64,000 nucleotides of DNA from an uncultured Gammaproteobacteria bacterium (GTDB taxonomy: Bacteria > Patescibacteriota > Microgenomatia > Levybacterales > UBA12049). The stretch covers positions 227,804 through 291,803 of the forward strand of contig CAZAZU010000001.1 of assembly GCA_964490105.1 (NCBI GenBank), read 5' to 3'. The notes below the pieces were generated by a model that was not told the origin of the DNA, did not search any database, and was given only the letters and a program-made list of their open reading frames with translations. This document shows positions 38,795 to 48,880 of this stretch, in pieces. The translations under genes were made by a program, and so were the position numbers. The stretch's first letter is position 1. Each line of letters starts with the position of its first letter.

Positions 38795-39508
38795 ATGGAA
38801 GCAATTACATATGCTGCAGATTTATTCATCCACCTTGGTGATTATCTCGGAAACATAATTGAATTATTCGGACCGTTTACATACGTAATTTTATTTGCAG
38901 TTATATTTGCTGAAACTGGTTTAGTTGTCACTCCATTTCTCCCAGGAGACTCGCTTCTATTTATAGTAGGAGCATTTTCAGGCACAGGACATCTTAATGT
39001 TTTTGTTTCGTATGTAGTTTTATTGACAGCAGCAATTCTAGGAGACTCGGTTAACTACTGGCTTGGAAATAAAATAGGACCAAAAGTATTCTCTAAAGAA
39101 AACTCAAGAATATTTAATAAAGCGTATCTAGAAAAAACTCGAGAATTCTATGCTAAATATGGATCAAAAACGATTATCATTGCCAGATTTGTTCCAATAG
39201 TTCGCACATTTGCTCCGTTTGTAGCTGGAATTGGCAAAATGGACTACAAAACTTTTCTTACGTATAACGTAGTCGGTGCATTTATCTGGGTTACTTCACT
39301 TCTTTTTGCAGGTTATTTCTTTGGCAATCAGCCAATAATAAAAAATAACTTTGAAACTGCAATTTTTGCCATTATCGGAGTCTCACTCTTACCTATGGTT
39401 ATTGAATTTGTAAGACATAAGATGATGAAGAGGAAAACTCATGAACACGACGACACAACTAATCTTAAAGAGATAAAAGACACCTTCAAAAAAGAAAAAC
39501 TCACTTAG
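38795..39508 (+). CDS. dedA: DedA family membrane protein
   Basis: FAETGLVVTPFLPGDSLLF, ARFVPIVRTFAPFVAG. Confidence 0.93.
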   Translation: MEAITYAADLFIHLGDYLGNIIELFGPFTYVILFAVIFAETGLVVTPFLPGDSLLFIVGAFSGTGHLNVFVSYVVLLTAAILGDSVNYWLGNKIGPKVFSKENSRIFNKAYLEKTREFYAKYGSKTIIIARFVPIVRTFAPFVAGIGKMDYKTFLTYNVVGAFIWVTSLLFAGYFFGNQPIIKNNFETAIFAIIGVSLLPMVIEFVRHKMMKRKTHEHDDTTNLKEIKDTFKKEKLT

Positions 39509-40140
39509 TAGATTTTAAATTTGCGCACCACTCCGACTGCAATGCCTTGAATTCTTAATGAGTTTGGATAAATCGGTTCCATTGCTGAATTTGCAGGCTT
39601 AAGGACTACCTTCTCCCCTTCTTTATAAAATCTTTTTAAGGTAGCTAGATTATCATCTACTAGTGCGACTACTATATCTCCGTTACTTGCAACGTCAGAC
39701 TTCTCAATCACTACATAATCCCCATCTAAAATGCCGTCTTCTATCATGGATTCACCCTTTACTTGAAGAACGTATGCTGTTTTCTTGCCGCTAATCATGC
39801 TGGCCGATACCTGAAATGTAGCATTTGGATCTGTGTGGGGTTCAAGAGGACGTCCTGCAGCGATAAAACCCATCAGAGGTAGTTCAATTGAAGGAAGCTG
39901 ACCGAGTAATCCTTGTGCAGCTTTTTCATCAATTATTTTTAGAACCCTGGTATTTCCGTCGACTTTTTGAACATAACCTTTTTCTACAAGAGCTCTGATT
40001 AAAGTGTGAACTGTGGAATTACTTTTGTGCCCTGTGGCTTTTGAAATCTCAGTAAGTGTTGGAGAATATCCGTATTGCTTCTGGAATTGAGCTAAAAATT
40101 CTAATACTTCTCTTTCTTTTCTATATAAAACTCCTGGCAT
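39505..40140 (-). CDS. lexA: LexA repressor
   Basis: GYSPTL.EI wHTH, IAAG cleavage site, GESM (Ser), ATLKR (Lys); ATG at 40140. Confidence 0.95.
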   Translation of the reverse strand: MPGVLYRKEREVLEFLAQFQKQYGYSPTLTEISKATGHKSNSTVHTLIRALVEKGYVQKVDGNTRVLKIIDEKAAQGLLGQLPSIELPLMGFIAAGRPLEPHTDPNATFQVSASMISGKKTAYVLQVKGESMIEDGILDGDYVVIEKSDVASNGDIVVALVDDNLATLKRFYKEGEKVVLKPANSAMEPIYPNSLRIQGIAVGVVRKFKIY

Positions 40141-40299
40141 ATTTATTAGGGCAGTCGCCAGTTTGCGACTTAATCCGTATGAGAAAATTATGCGAAAAAT
40201 ACCAGAATTATGCAAGATGACAAAATATGTCAAAGACAGTCAATATAGATTTCCTCTACTTTCAGACTGTGTTACAATATTTAGTCAACTAATACTAAT

Positions 40300-42291
40300 A
40301 TGGATTTTAAAATTAAATCAGATTATAAGCCTGCGGGAGATCAGCCTAAGGCCATTGAGAAGCTCACAAAGAGCATAAAAAACGGAAATGATCACCAGGT
40401 ACTTCTTGGAGTTACTGGTAGTGGAAAAACGTTTACAATGGCAAATGTAATTCAAAATCTCCAGCGCCCTACTCTAATTATTTCTCATAATAAAACTTTG
40501 GCTGGACAGCTTTATCAGGAATTTAGAGACTTCTTTCCAGAAAATGCCGTCAGTTACTTTGTATCCTATTACGACTATTACCAGCCTGAAGCTTATATTC
40601 CCACTACTGATACTTACATAGAAAAAGAATCTGAGGTAAATGATGAAATTGATAAATTAAGGTTGTTTGCTACCACTAACCTCTTAACCCGAAAGGACGT
40701 AATTATCGTAGCTTCAGTCTCTTGTATATATAACATCGGTGCTCCTTCTGAATACAGACGCCACATTGCGGATTTAAGTGTCGGAATGATTATGGATCAA
40801 AAAAATCTCATGCTTAGATTTGCAGATCTCCAATACGAAAGAAATGATTACGCTTACCAAAGAGGATCTTTTAGATTAAGAGGTGAAACGATAGATATTT
40901 TTCCTGCATATTTAGATACAGGTTTTAGAATTGAGTTAGGAGCAGAAAAGATTAGAAATATCGAAGAATTCGATGCGCTAACTGGAAAAACACTAAGAAA
41001 AGTTGATCGAGTTGTAATTTATCCTTCAAAACATTACATGACAGATCCAGCCACCTACAAAGATGTTTTTGCTCAGATCAAACACGATCTTGATTTAAGA
41101 GAAGCGGATTTTAAGAAAAAAGGAAAGTTGATCGAAGCGCAAAGGATTCGTCAGAAAGTAACCTATGACCTTGAGATGATACAAGAATTAGGGTTTGTTA
41201 ATGGAATTGAAAATTATTCAAGCTATTTTGACGGAAGAAAACCAGGAGAGGCTCCCCACTCTCTTTTGGATTACATGGAGGAATGTTCTAAGGATTGGCT
41301 TTGTTTTGTAGATGAATCGCACATGACAATACCTCAAATTCGAGGTATGTACAACGGAGATAGATCCAGAAAGCAGACGCTTATTGATTACGGATTCAGA
41401 CTTCCTTCTGCTTTAGACAACAGACCTTTAAGATTTGATGAATTTATGCAAAGAACTCATCAGATGGTTTATGTCTCAGCAACTCCCGATGAATATGAAA
41501 TTTCCCTAGCAACAGAGGAAAAAGATGCAATTGTCGAGCAATTAGTCAGACCAACTGGACTTGTGGATCCAGTAATTACGATTAAGCCTACCAAAGGACA
41601 AATTGAAGATCTTATTGCTGAAATAAAAAAGCGTGTCGAGAAAAAACAAAGAGTCTTAGTTACGACTCTCACAAAAAGAATGTCTGAGGATTTATCTAGT
41701 TATCTTACTGAGCAGGATATTTTAGTCTCATATCTTCACTCTGATATTGAAACCTTGGAGCGTCAGGATGAATTAGATCGCTTACGCTCAGGCAAATATG
41801 ATGTTTTAGTCGGAATTAACTTACTGAGAGAAGGATTGGATTTGCCGGAAGTATCCCTCGTTGCAATTCTTGATGCTGATAAAGAAGGCTTTCTAAGAAG
41901 TAGAACTTCACTGATTCAGATTATGGGTAGAGCTGCCCGCCATGTAGATGCGCAGGTTATTATGTATGCAGATAATGTTACTAAATCTATGACTTCAGCG
42001 ATGGAAGAGGTCGAGAGAAGACGCGCAGTTCAGCTTGCCTACAATAAAAAAAATAAGATAAAACCTGAAGGAATTCAAAAAGCCATAAGAGCACGTCTTG
42101 TCGAACAGGAACAGGAAGATCAGAAATCAGCAGAATTTTTACTAAAACTTAAAGAAAAAGAAGTTCTAATGCCAGATGAGAAAAACCATTTGATCAAACA
42201 ATTGAGGAAAGAAATGCAGCAAGCCGCTAAAGAACTAGACTTCGAAACCGCCGCAATTCTCCGGGATCAATTAAAAATTCTTCAGAAATAA
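40300..42291 (+). CDS. uvrB: Excinuclease ABC subunit B
   Basis: PAGDQP, GVTGSGKT, YYDYYQPEAY, DESH, C-terminal UVR domain. Confidence 0.98.
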   Translation: MDFKIKSDYKPAGDQPKAIEKLTKSIKNGNDHQVLLGVTGSGKTFTMANVIQNLQRPTLIISHNKTLAGQLYQEFRDFFPENAVSYFVSYYDYYQPEAYIPTTDTYIEKESEVNDEIDKLRLFATTNLLTRKDVIIVASVSCIYNIGAPSEYRRHIADLSVGMIMDQKNLMLRFADLQYERNDYAYQRGSFRLRGETIDIFPAYLDTGFRIELGAEKIRNIEEFDALTGKTLRKVDRVVIYPSKHYMTDPATYKDVFAQIKHDLDLREADFKKKGKLIEAQRIRQKVTYDLEMIQELGFVNGIENYSSYFDGRKPGEAPHSLLDYMEECSKDWLCFVDESHMTIPQIRGMYNGDRSRKQTLIDYGFRLPSALDNRPLRFDEFMQRTHQMVYVSATPDEYEISLATEEKDAIVEQLVRPTGLVDPVITIKPTKGQIEDLIAEIKKRVEKKQRVLVTTLTKRMSEDLSSYLTEQDILVSYLHSDIETLERQDELDRLRSGKYDVLVGINLLREGLDLPEVSLVAILDADKEGFLRSRTSLIQIMGRAARHVDAQVIMYADNVTKSMTSAMEEVERRRAVQLAYNKKNKIKPEGIQKAIRARLVEQEQEDQKSAEFLLKLKEKEVLMPDEKNHLIKQLRKEMQQAAKELDFETAAILRDQLKILQK

Positions 42292-42293
42292 AT

Positions 42294-42518
42294 CTATCTT
42301 ATTTGCTTTGGAATAACGACAGTCGTATTATGCTCCCTTGCTAACCGTCTTGCTGTTCTTTTTACCTCAGGCAGGTGTCCTATTCCTCTAGGCATTCCTT
42401 CCTGAGGAACAGTGGATATGAGCCCGGAAGAATGTTCTTTAAAAGCAATTGCGCTTCTTCCATCGCTTCCTATCAGTACTCCAACCAGCCTGATATCGTT
42501 ACTTAGTCTTTCAGTCAC
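42294..42518 (-). CDS. Small hypothetical protein
   Basis: 74 aa, GTG start 6 nt after TATAAT. Confidence 0.5.
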   Translation of the reverse strand: MTERLSNDIRLVGVLIGSDGRSAIAFKEHSSGLISTVPQEGMPRGIGHLPEVKRTARRLAREHNTTVVIPKQIR

Positions 42519-42578
42519 GATGAGATTATAAAGTAGACCCCTTAAGGATTCAAGGAATTTACAATACTCTTACTTTTC

Positions 42579-43736
42579 TTATTTGGCAATTCTTCGAAGG
42601 GCTTTGTCTTTTTCTACGGGAGAAATTTTAGTGCGTCTTACTGCAGCCTGGAGAACTGCAATTGTTTGATCATAGGTATCTTTATCGACTGGATAAGGAG
42701 TGGCATCTTTTCCGCCGTGAGCAAAAGAATATCTGGCTGGATCTTGATAGGAAGGTTCGGCGCCATAGATAATCTCGGAAACCAAACTTAGAGCGCGGAT
42801 AGTTTTTCCTCCAACTCCTTTAATAGCTAGTAAATTCTCAAAATCTTCTGGTGTTTCATAAGTAACTTTCTGAAGAATTTTATCCAGATATTTAAATTTA
42901 GTAAAATCCTCAAGCTCTACTCCATGATGCTTAAATTCTTTTCTGTCAAACTCCGCAAATACCATCTCCTGCTGACCTGTATCTCTAACTGCAAGCATCC
43001 GGCTAACTTCCCCTGAGTGACGACGAAGTAATTCAATATCTTTCATTAAAGTCTTATATCCAGAGCCAATTAAATCTACAGACAAATCTTTATTCTTTTT
43101 ACTTTTCTTTGTCGCTAGATTTAAGGTAGATTTTCTAAACATTTGAGATGCAATTCCTTTATGCGGATCATTTGTAAAATCTATATCTGTTGGGCTGTTT
43201 GAGTGCCAATGATAACGTCTGGCCGTTGCATTAGCCGTGTTCATACCCTGTTGAACCACTGTCCAGGCGCCGTTTTTACTAAAGAAAAATGCATGGTGGT
43301 AAAGCGCATAGTCATCTTGAATTAAAGATGAATCTACTTTTGCAGACATTTTAGATGAGTAGACTAATCCATTTGTAGTTTTATGAGAAAGAGAGAGTTT
43401 ATTTCCCCACTCTGCTATTTCATCAGGAGTTTTCTTACTTGTTGCGCCTTTTCCTCCGGCTATAAATACGCCAAGCTCCTGTTCACGTCCTCTTATCGCT
43501 TCTTTAAGTGCGGCAGTGAGTATTGTCGTCAAACCTGAAGCATTCCAATCAAAAGCCAGAACCGTTCCTAGTGATTGAAACCATACAGGATCAGCAATTC
43601 TTTTTATGTATTCGTCAGGCCCATATTCTTCAATAAGAACATCAGTCATAGATCTACCAAGACTTACCATTCTTTCAAATAGCCATGGCGGACATTTCCC
43701 AGTATCTAATGTAAAAGTTGCTACTCCCCTTTTCAT
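42579..43736 (-). CDS. DUF763 family protein
   Basis: P.WLF.RM, DP.WFQ, DW..SG.TT, GGKG, VVQQGM, GVG.KT.RAL, SFAHGGKD..PYPV. Confidence 0.9.
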   Translation of the reverse strand: MKRGVATFTLDTGKCPPWLFERMVSLGRSMTDVLIEEYGPDEYIKRIADPVWFQSLGTVLAFDWNASGLTTILTAALKEAIRGREQELGVFIAGGKGATSKKTPDEIAEWGNKLSLSHKTTNGLVYSSKMSAKVDSSLIQDDYALYHHAFFFSKNGAWTVVQQGMNTANATARRYHWHSNSPTDIDFTNDPHKGIASQMFRKSTLNLATKKSKKNKDLSVDLIGSGYKTLMKDIELLRRHSGEVSRMLAVRDTGQQEMVFAEFDRKEFKHHGVELEDFTKFKYLDKILQKVTYETPEDFENLLAIKGVGGKTIRALSLVSEIIYGAEPSYQDPARYSFAHGGKDATPYPVDKDTYDQTIAVLQAAVRRTKISPVEKDKALRRIAK

Positions 43737-43770
43737 ATTATTACTTGCTCATATATCGATATATGATGCA

Positions 43771-44136
43771 TTAAAATCCTGATATGTTTTCTATATGCTC
43801 AATACTACTTAAATTATTAGAATTATCAAGCATTACGGAAATAGCATCAATTCTCATAGTATCTGGCAATTTAGGATTTAAAACTTTATAAAATTCAGCC
43901 GTCTTAAGAAGAGATTTTAACTTGAAATAACTGATTGCCTCAAAAGGTGTTCCATATGCATTTGACGTTCTTGTTTTTACTTCCACAAACACTAGTGTTT
44001 TGTCTTTTATGCAAATAACATCGATCTCTCCATAACCCTTACGAAAATTTCTTTCAATTACTTCATAGCCCTTTTCTCTAAGAAATTTAGTCGCTAGTTC
44101 TTCTCCTTTTACGGCAATTGGATTAGAAATCTTCAT
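43771..44136 (-). CDS. YraN family (UPF0102) nuclease-like protein
   Basis: GE.LA..FL..KGY, GEID, LVFVEVKTR, R.D. Confidence 0.92.
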   Translation of the reverse strand: MKISNPIAVKGEELATKFLREKGYEVIERNFRKGYGEIDVICIKDKTLVFVEVKTRTSNAYGTPFEAISYFKLKSLLKTAEFYKVLNPKLPDTMRIDAISVMLDNSNNLSSIEHIENISGF

Positions 44137-44195
44137 AAACTAATTTAATAGTAACAAAGAATAATGATTAATAAATACGAGAGGCTAAAAGTGGA

Positions 44196-44486
44196 TTATG
44201 GATTTAATCTAGGGCTTTTTACGTGGTTAAGTTTTGCTCTTCTAACTTTCATTTTTGGCTTTGCTTTAAAATCTACCTTATCTACATTTGGATTTCCAAC
44301 ATGCCAGATTCTTTCAACTGCGACATCTCCAACTACTTTTCTAACAGTATAGCTTTGGTTTTCGCCTCTTCCTTTAATTTGAAGAACTTGACCCTCGAAA
44401 ATCTGAGTTCTAGTTTTTTCTCCTTCTGTAATTTTCTGGTGAACTCTTACGATGTCACCAACTCTAAAATCTATAGTTTTTAACAT
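44196..44486 (-). CDS. rplS: 50S ribosomal protein L19
   Basis: FRVGD.VRV...I.EG.K.R.Q.FEG, VRRAKL. Confidence 0.95.
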   Translation of the reverse strand: MLKTIDFRVGDIVRVHQKITEGEKTRTQIFEGQVLQIKGRGENQSYTVRKVVGDVAVERIWHVGNPNVDKVDFKAKPKMKVRRAKLNHVKSPRLNP

Positions 44487-44512
44487 GAGACGTATATTAT
44501 AGCCTGAAATTG

Positions 44513-46222
44513 TTATTTTTTCAATGACTTTACCGCATCAAGGAATCCTAGGAACAAAGGGTGTGGTCTTAGTGGTCTAGATTTATATTCCGGGTGCCCT
44601 TGAGTTCCTAAGTAGAATGGATGCTCTGATTCAGGTAATTCAATGATTTCGACAAGCCCTTCTTCAACTGATTTAGCAGAAATTACAAAACCTTTCTTTT
44701 CAAATTCTTCCAAATAATCATTATTAAATTCAAATCTATGCCTATGTCTTTCAGATGTTAAGCCCTTAGATTTGTCGATAAAATCATTATATTTTCCGTA
44801 AAGATCATATGCTTTAGTATCTTTCTTAACAATTGCATCCCAGCGACCTAGTCTCATTGTTCCACCATATGCACGCCGCGCCATAATTTCTTTCTGTTTT
44901 GGCATAAGATGAATTACTAAATTTTTTCCGTCTTTTGTGTTTTCTTCTGTATTTGCGTCTTTTATTCCCAATTCATCTCTGGCATAAGAAATTGCAGCCA
45001 ATTGCATTCCGTAACAAAGACCCAGATATGGAATCTTCTTTTTCCTTGCATATCCTGCAGCTTCAATCATTCCCTCTGCACCTCGAAGTCCCCAGCCAAT
45101 TGGTACAATTATTCCATCAGGATTTCCAATAAGCTTTTCTAAGTCCGAATCTTTTTCAACTTTTTCAGCGTCAATCCAATGTGTTTTAATGGCAACGCCT
45201 AACTCATATGATGCGTGATCTATCGCATCAAAAAGAGCAGCATAACTATCTTTAAGCTGATAGTCTCCAGTGCCGAAATATTTTCCGATAATTGCTATAT
45301 CTATCGTTTTCTCCATTTTCTGAACGGCTTTAACCTTAGAAACAAATTTCTCCCATTCAGAAAGATTTGAGCCTCTGACAGGAAGATTTAGTTTTTCAAG
45401 AATTTGCTTACCTAGTTTTTGGCGGTTCAAACCAAGCGGTACTTCATAAACAGACTCTAAATCAGGACTTGAAATAACAGCTTCTGGTGCGACGTTACAA
45501 AATAGCGCTAGGCGCTCAATTCTTCTTTGATCCAATTCTTTATCTGAACGGCAAATTATAAAATCGGGTTGTATTCCGAGCGAGTTCAAAGTTCTTACTG
45601 ACAGCTGAGTTGGCTTAGTCTTAGGCTCTCCAAGGTGAGCTGGAGTCGGCACATAGCTTACATGAACGTGAATTACATCTCCCGGGTTTTGAAGCGTCAT
45701 TATGCGAGAAGCTTCATAATAAAAAACATTCTGATACTCTCCAGCTGTACCGCCAAGCTCAATTACCACAATGTCTGCATCTCGCACAGTAGCAACATTT
45801 TTTATTCTTTTTGTAATTTCATCAGTTATATGGGGTATTGCTTCTACATCTTCTCCGTTGTATTCAAACCTTCGCTCCCGCTCAATAACAGTTGAATATA
45901 TTTTACCCATCGTAACGAAATTATCTGTACCCATATCTTCATTTAAGAATTTTTCATAGGTGCCGATATCCATATCAGCCTCAGTTCCATCCTCACAAAG
46001 AAACGTGTCTCCGTGCTCAATGGGATTTATGGTTCCTGCGTCAAGATTTAAATAATTTTCAAATTTTATGGGTGCAACTTTATATCCTGCGGATTTTAAT
46101 AGAAGTGCTATTGATGCTGAGGTAATACCTTTTCCGATGCCTGATATGACTCCTCCGGAGACAAAAATGTATTTCACCGATTTTTTGTTTTTAGTACTAT
46201 CGGGCACGATTAATAATAGCAA
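44513..46222 (-). CDS. pyrG: CTP synthase (exact start uncertain)
   Basis: KYIFVSGGV.SG.GKG, KTKPTQ, GLCYGMQ, ERHRHRFE, QGHPE. Confidence 0.97.
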   Translation of the reverse strand: MLLLIVPDSTKNKKSVKYIFVSGGVISGIGKGITSASIALLLKSAGYKVAPIKFENYLNLDAGTINPIEHGDTFLCEDGTEADMDIGTYEKFLNEDMGTDNFVTMGKIYSTVIERERRFEYNGEDVEAIPHITDEITKRIKNVATVRDADIVVIELGGTAGEYQNVFYYEASRIMTLQNPGDVIHVHVSYVPTPAHLGEPKTKPTQLSVRTLNSLGIQPDFIICRSDKELDQRRIERLALFCNVAPEAVISSPDLESVYEVPLGLNRQKLGKQILEKLNLPVRGSNLSEWEKFVSKVKAVQKMEKTIDIAIIGKYFGTGDYQLKDSYAALFDAIDHASYELGVAIKTHWIDAEKVEKDSDLEKLIGNPDGIIVPIGWGLRGAEGMIEAAGYARKKKIPYLGLCYGMQLAAISYARDELGIKDANTEENTKDGKNLVIHLMPKQKEIMARRAYGGTMRLGRWDAIVKKDTKAYDLYGKYNDFIDKSKGLTSERHRHRFEFNNDYLEEFEKKGFVISAKSVEEGLVEIIELPESEHPFYLGTQGHPEYKSRPLRPHPLFLGFLDAVKSLKK

Positions 46223-46311
46223 ATTTGTGAAAATTCGTCAATATGAGCATATTTTCTGTCAGGATTTTGTAAAGTTAAATTCAAGCTCAATTTAAGGCGA
46301 GGGCTTATACT

Positions 46312-47652
46312 GTGGGCATTATGAGTGCAATAGAAGGTGCAGTATCAGTTGGAAGCGTAGGAGTAGCAGCAGCCGGTCCGTCAATCGGAGCAAGCGCTGG
46401 AGCTTCAATTGGTGGAGAAATTGGAATATCGGGAATAGGATTTGACGGAGGCTCTCCTTCTTTTTCAGGCTTAGGAAGAAGCGATACCGGACTAGGATCT
46501 TTTTCCATAAATGAAGGGTCAAAAGGACCAGTTTCGTTTTCAAATTCTACTGATTTATTCTCAGAAACAAGATCCTTCGTAGGATCCCTTGCAAGCGTAC
46601 CAGAAGGAGCTGTTAAGGGTGATATATTTTCCGGAGAAATGCAAACCTTAGCTTCAAATCCGGATTTGGGAATGCCAAACCCTGCTGCAAATGAAAAAAC
46701 TTCAATATTTAGCGAATTTGCACCATTTCAAGTGACAATTCCTACAACTGAGGGACCTGCTCCGTTGTCTTCATTTGATGGTTTTACAACTATTGCATCA
46801 TTTTCTGAACCTTCATTTGGATTTGAATCAGAAACCGAACAAGATTCTCAAGCTTCGATAGGAGCTGTTATTGGGTCTGAAACTGTTGAAATGGGTCTTG
46901 AAGAAAATAGTATTAAGAGTGCTGTGGAAGACTTAAGAACTAATGACCCGTTAACCTACATGCAGCTTAAAAGCGATTTAGCATTGGTTCAAAATATTGT
47001 TGATCTTGCAACAGAAGAAACTGATCCTGAGACTTCAACTGCAATTTCAAATGCAGCAATAAATGTTGCAGTAGAACGCAGCGGTTTAATTCAAGCTTTA
47101 GAACAAGCTGAATCTTCAGTAGAATCAGCTACTCAAACTGATGAAGAAACGCAAACTGTGACAGCAAATGTCCAAGCAATTGTGGAAAGCGTAAGTCCCC
47201 CAGAAAAAGAAGTAGTTGAACCAAGACCGGTTCAGCCTAAAGATCAATATTTTGTAGATGAAGAAGCGAACGATGCTCGAAGATCTAAAACAGCTCGAGC
47301 GATAAAACAAGCTTTTGAAGAGGAAATTGATCCCGAAACTGGAAAAGTAAAAGGAAATGCTGTTGTTGATATATTGCCGGTTGAACTTCCCGCTGAAGAA
47401 ATCAGTGAAATAGTTTTAAAAGAAGGCGGTAGAACTGACGGTTCTGAAGCACAAAGAAGAAATCATCTTTCTTTACTTGAATTCTCTACAGAAGAAGAAG
47501 CATTAGAGGCAAATGAAAGATTAATTGCTGAAAATAATGCAGTTACTGATAATGAGGCTGCAAATAGAGCTACTGAGGCTGAAGCTGCAAAAGTTAAAAG
47601 CGGAGTTAAAGCTCAAATAAAAGAATTAGAAATTTTCCCGCTAGCAGCATAA
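46312..47652 (+). CDS. Acidic low-complexity hypothetical protein
   Basis: Gly/Ser-rich N-terminus, Glu/Ala-rich remainder; start could be 46321. Confidence 0.65.
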   Translation: MGIMSAIEGAVSVGSVGVAAAGPSIGASAGASIGGEIGISGIGFDGGSPSFSGLGRSDTGLGSFSINEGSKGPVSFSNSTDLFSETRSFVGSLASVPEGAVKGDIFSGEMQTLASNPDLGMPNPAANEKTSIFSEFAPFQVTIPTTEGPAPLSSFDGFTTIASFSEPSFGFESETEQDSQASIGAVIGSETVEMGLEENSIKSAVEDLRTNDPLTYMQLKSDLALVQNIVDLATEETDPETSTAISNAAINVAVERSGLIQALEQAESSVESATQTDEETQTVTANVQAIVESVSPPEKEVVEPRPVQPKDQYFVDEEANDARRSKTARAIKQAFEEEIDPETGKVKGNAVVDILPVELPAEEISEIVLKEGGRTDGSEAQRRNHLSLLEFSTEEEALEANERLIAENNAVTDNEAANRATEAEAAKVKSGVKAQIKELEIFPLAA

Positions 47653-47692
47653 TTTGCTTGACTAGTAAAAAACCTAATGCTATAAATCTCTA

Positions 47693-48121
47693 ATGAGTGA
47701 ATTAGGAGAAGCTCCCTCCCCAACACCGATTCTGGATCGACTTGAGGCCCAACAAAGAGACTTAGAGTTCAACGCAAGACCAACACAACCAAAAAATATG
47801 CTGCATTCAATCCAAAGCGTAGTAGGTTTGGAGCCTATGGAACTTAGTGACATGCTTGGAGCTTCTGATCCAGACAGAATAGCGCCGTTAATCAAAAAGG
47901 ATGGACCGAGCTATCCACAGCTAAGAAAAGGCTTCTTAACCTCTTCATATTTACTTTTTAATGTGAAGCCTGAGCATACACCAGAATCATGGAAAGAATA
48001 TTTAAGACGTCCTATGGGAGAACACGACGGAAAGAGCATAACCCAAATGTTTGTAGAGGGAAAATATGAAGAAATTTTACAAGATTTAGAATCTGTAGCT
48101 GAAGAAGAGCAAGCTGCATGA
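47693..48121 (+). CDS. Hypothetical protein
   Basis: 142 aa; TTGACT/TATAAA promoter-like element just upstream. Confidence 0.6.
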   Translation: MSELGEAPSPTPILDRLEAQQRDLEFNARPTQPKNMLHSIQSVVGLEPMELSDMLGASDPDRIAPLIKKDGPSYPQLRKGFLTSSYLLFNVKPEHTPESWKEYLRRPMGEHDGKSITQMFVEGKYEEILQDLESVAEEEQAA

Positions 48122-48191
48122 GCGGGATACGAGAATTGAACTCGCTTCTCTACCTTGGGAAGGTAGCATACTACCGGTGTACTAATCCCGC
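48121..48191 (-). tRNA. tRNA-Gly(CCC)
   Basis: GCGGGAT...CTACC-TTCCCAA-GGTAG...AGTTCAATTC...ATCCCGC-T discriminator. Confidence 0.93.
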
Positions 48192-48215
48192 AACGTAGAA
48201 ATTATATCACGAGAA

Positions 48216-48653
48216 TTATTGAGCTCGAGGAATTATGAGCTTCATGCCTGGAGCGATGTTATCAGGATTATTTTCTAGTCCGTTTGCTCTTGCGATATCC
48301 ATCCATTTAAATCCGTCTCCATAAAACTTAACTGCCACATCCCAAAGACCTTCTCCCTCCTGGAGAGTATAGGTCATTTGATCAACCGGTGCTTCGAGTT
48401 GCGGAATATCTTTTTCATCGATTATAGGTGTTGTCCCTTCAAGGCCGCTGTTTTTAACAAATAAAAAGAATACAACGGATATTCCCAAAACTACAACCGC
48501 ACCTAGCACTAATGAAATATATGATTCGCTAAGTTTTAGCTGTGTTGAAATGTCTTTTGCAAATTTATTTTTTTGAGTAGGAGCTTCCAATCGCTCTGAA
48601 GCTTTAATGTTTTTTTTGGTAACTTTTTTTGTAGATCTTTTTTTTGCTGCCAT
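48216..48653 (-). CDS. Membrane-anchored LysM-domain protein
   Basis: TM then YT..EGEGLW.VA.KFYGDG.KW..IA.AN....PD.I.PG..L.IP. Confidence 0.9.
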   Translation of the reverse strand: MAAKKRSTKKVTKKNIKASERLEAPTQKNKFAKDISTQLKLSESYISLVLGAVVVLGISVVFFLFVKNSGLEGTTPIIDEKDIPQLEAPVDQMTYTLQEGEGLWDVAVKFYGDGFKWMDIARANGLENNPDNIAPGMKLIIPRAQ

Positions 48654-48772
48654 GATTACATTGATAATCCAAGTATATCACATCAGTCAATATAGCCTAA
48701 TTGCGTCAAACTACCTCATCTGTTAAAATACAAAACTAGCCATTAGCTATAAGCATTTAGCCATTAGCAAAT

Positions 48773-48851
48773 GGGGTGGTAGCTCAGTTTTGGTTAGAGC
48801 GCTTCCCTGTCACGGAAGAGGTCGCGGGTTCGAGTCCCGTCCACCCCGCCA
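48773..48851 (+). tRNA. tRNA-Asp(GTC)
   Basis: GGGGTGGTAGCTCAG...CTGTCAC...GGTTCGAGTCC...GCCA with encoded CCA. Confidence 0.96.
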
Positions 48852-48880
48852 AAACCCAACGGTATATAATTACTACAACT

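Noticed and set aside
40218-40232. TGACA-N5-TGTCA palindrome between lexA and uvrB as a LexA box
   Set aside because: Half of it is explained by a TTGACA -35 element on the minus strand, and it is not seen at uvrA
40141-40233. N-terminal extension of LexA in the ORF track
   Set aside because: Non-homologous sequence covering the promoter region; ATG 40140 fits the family length
48776-48880. N-terminal extension of PolX in the ORF track
   Set aside because: It reads through tRNA-Asp; the real start is most likely GTG 48881
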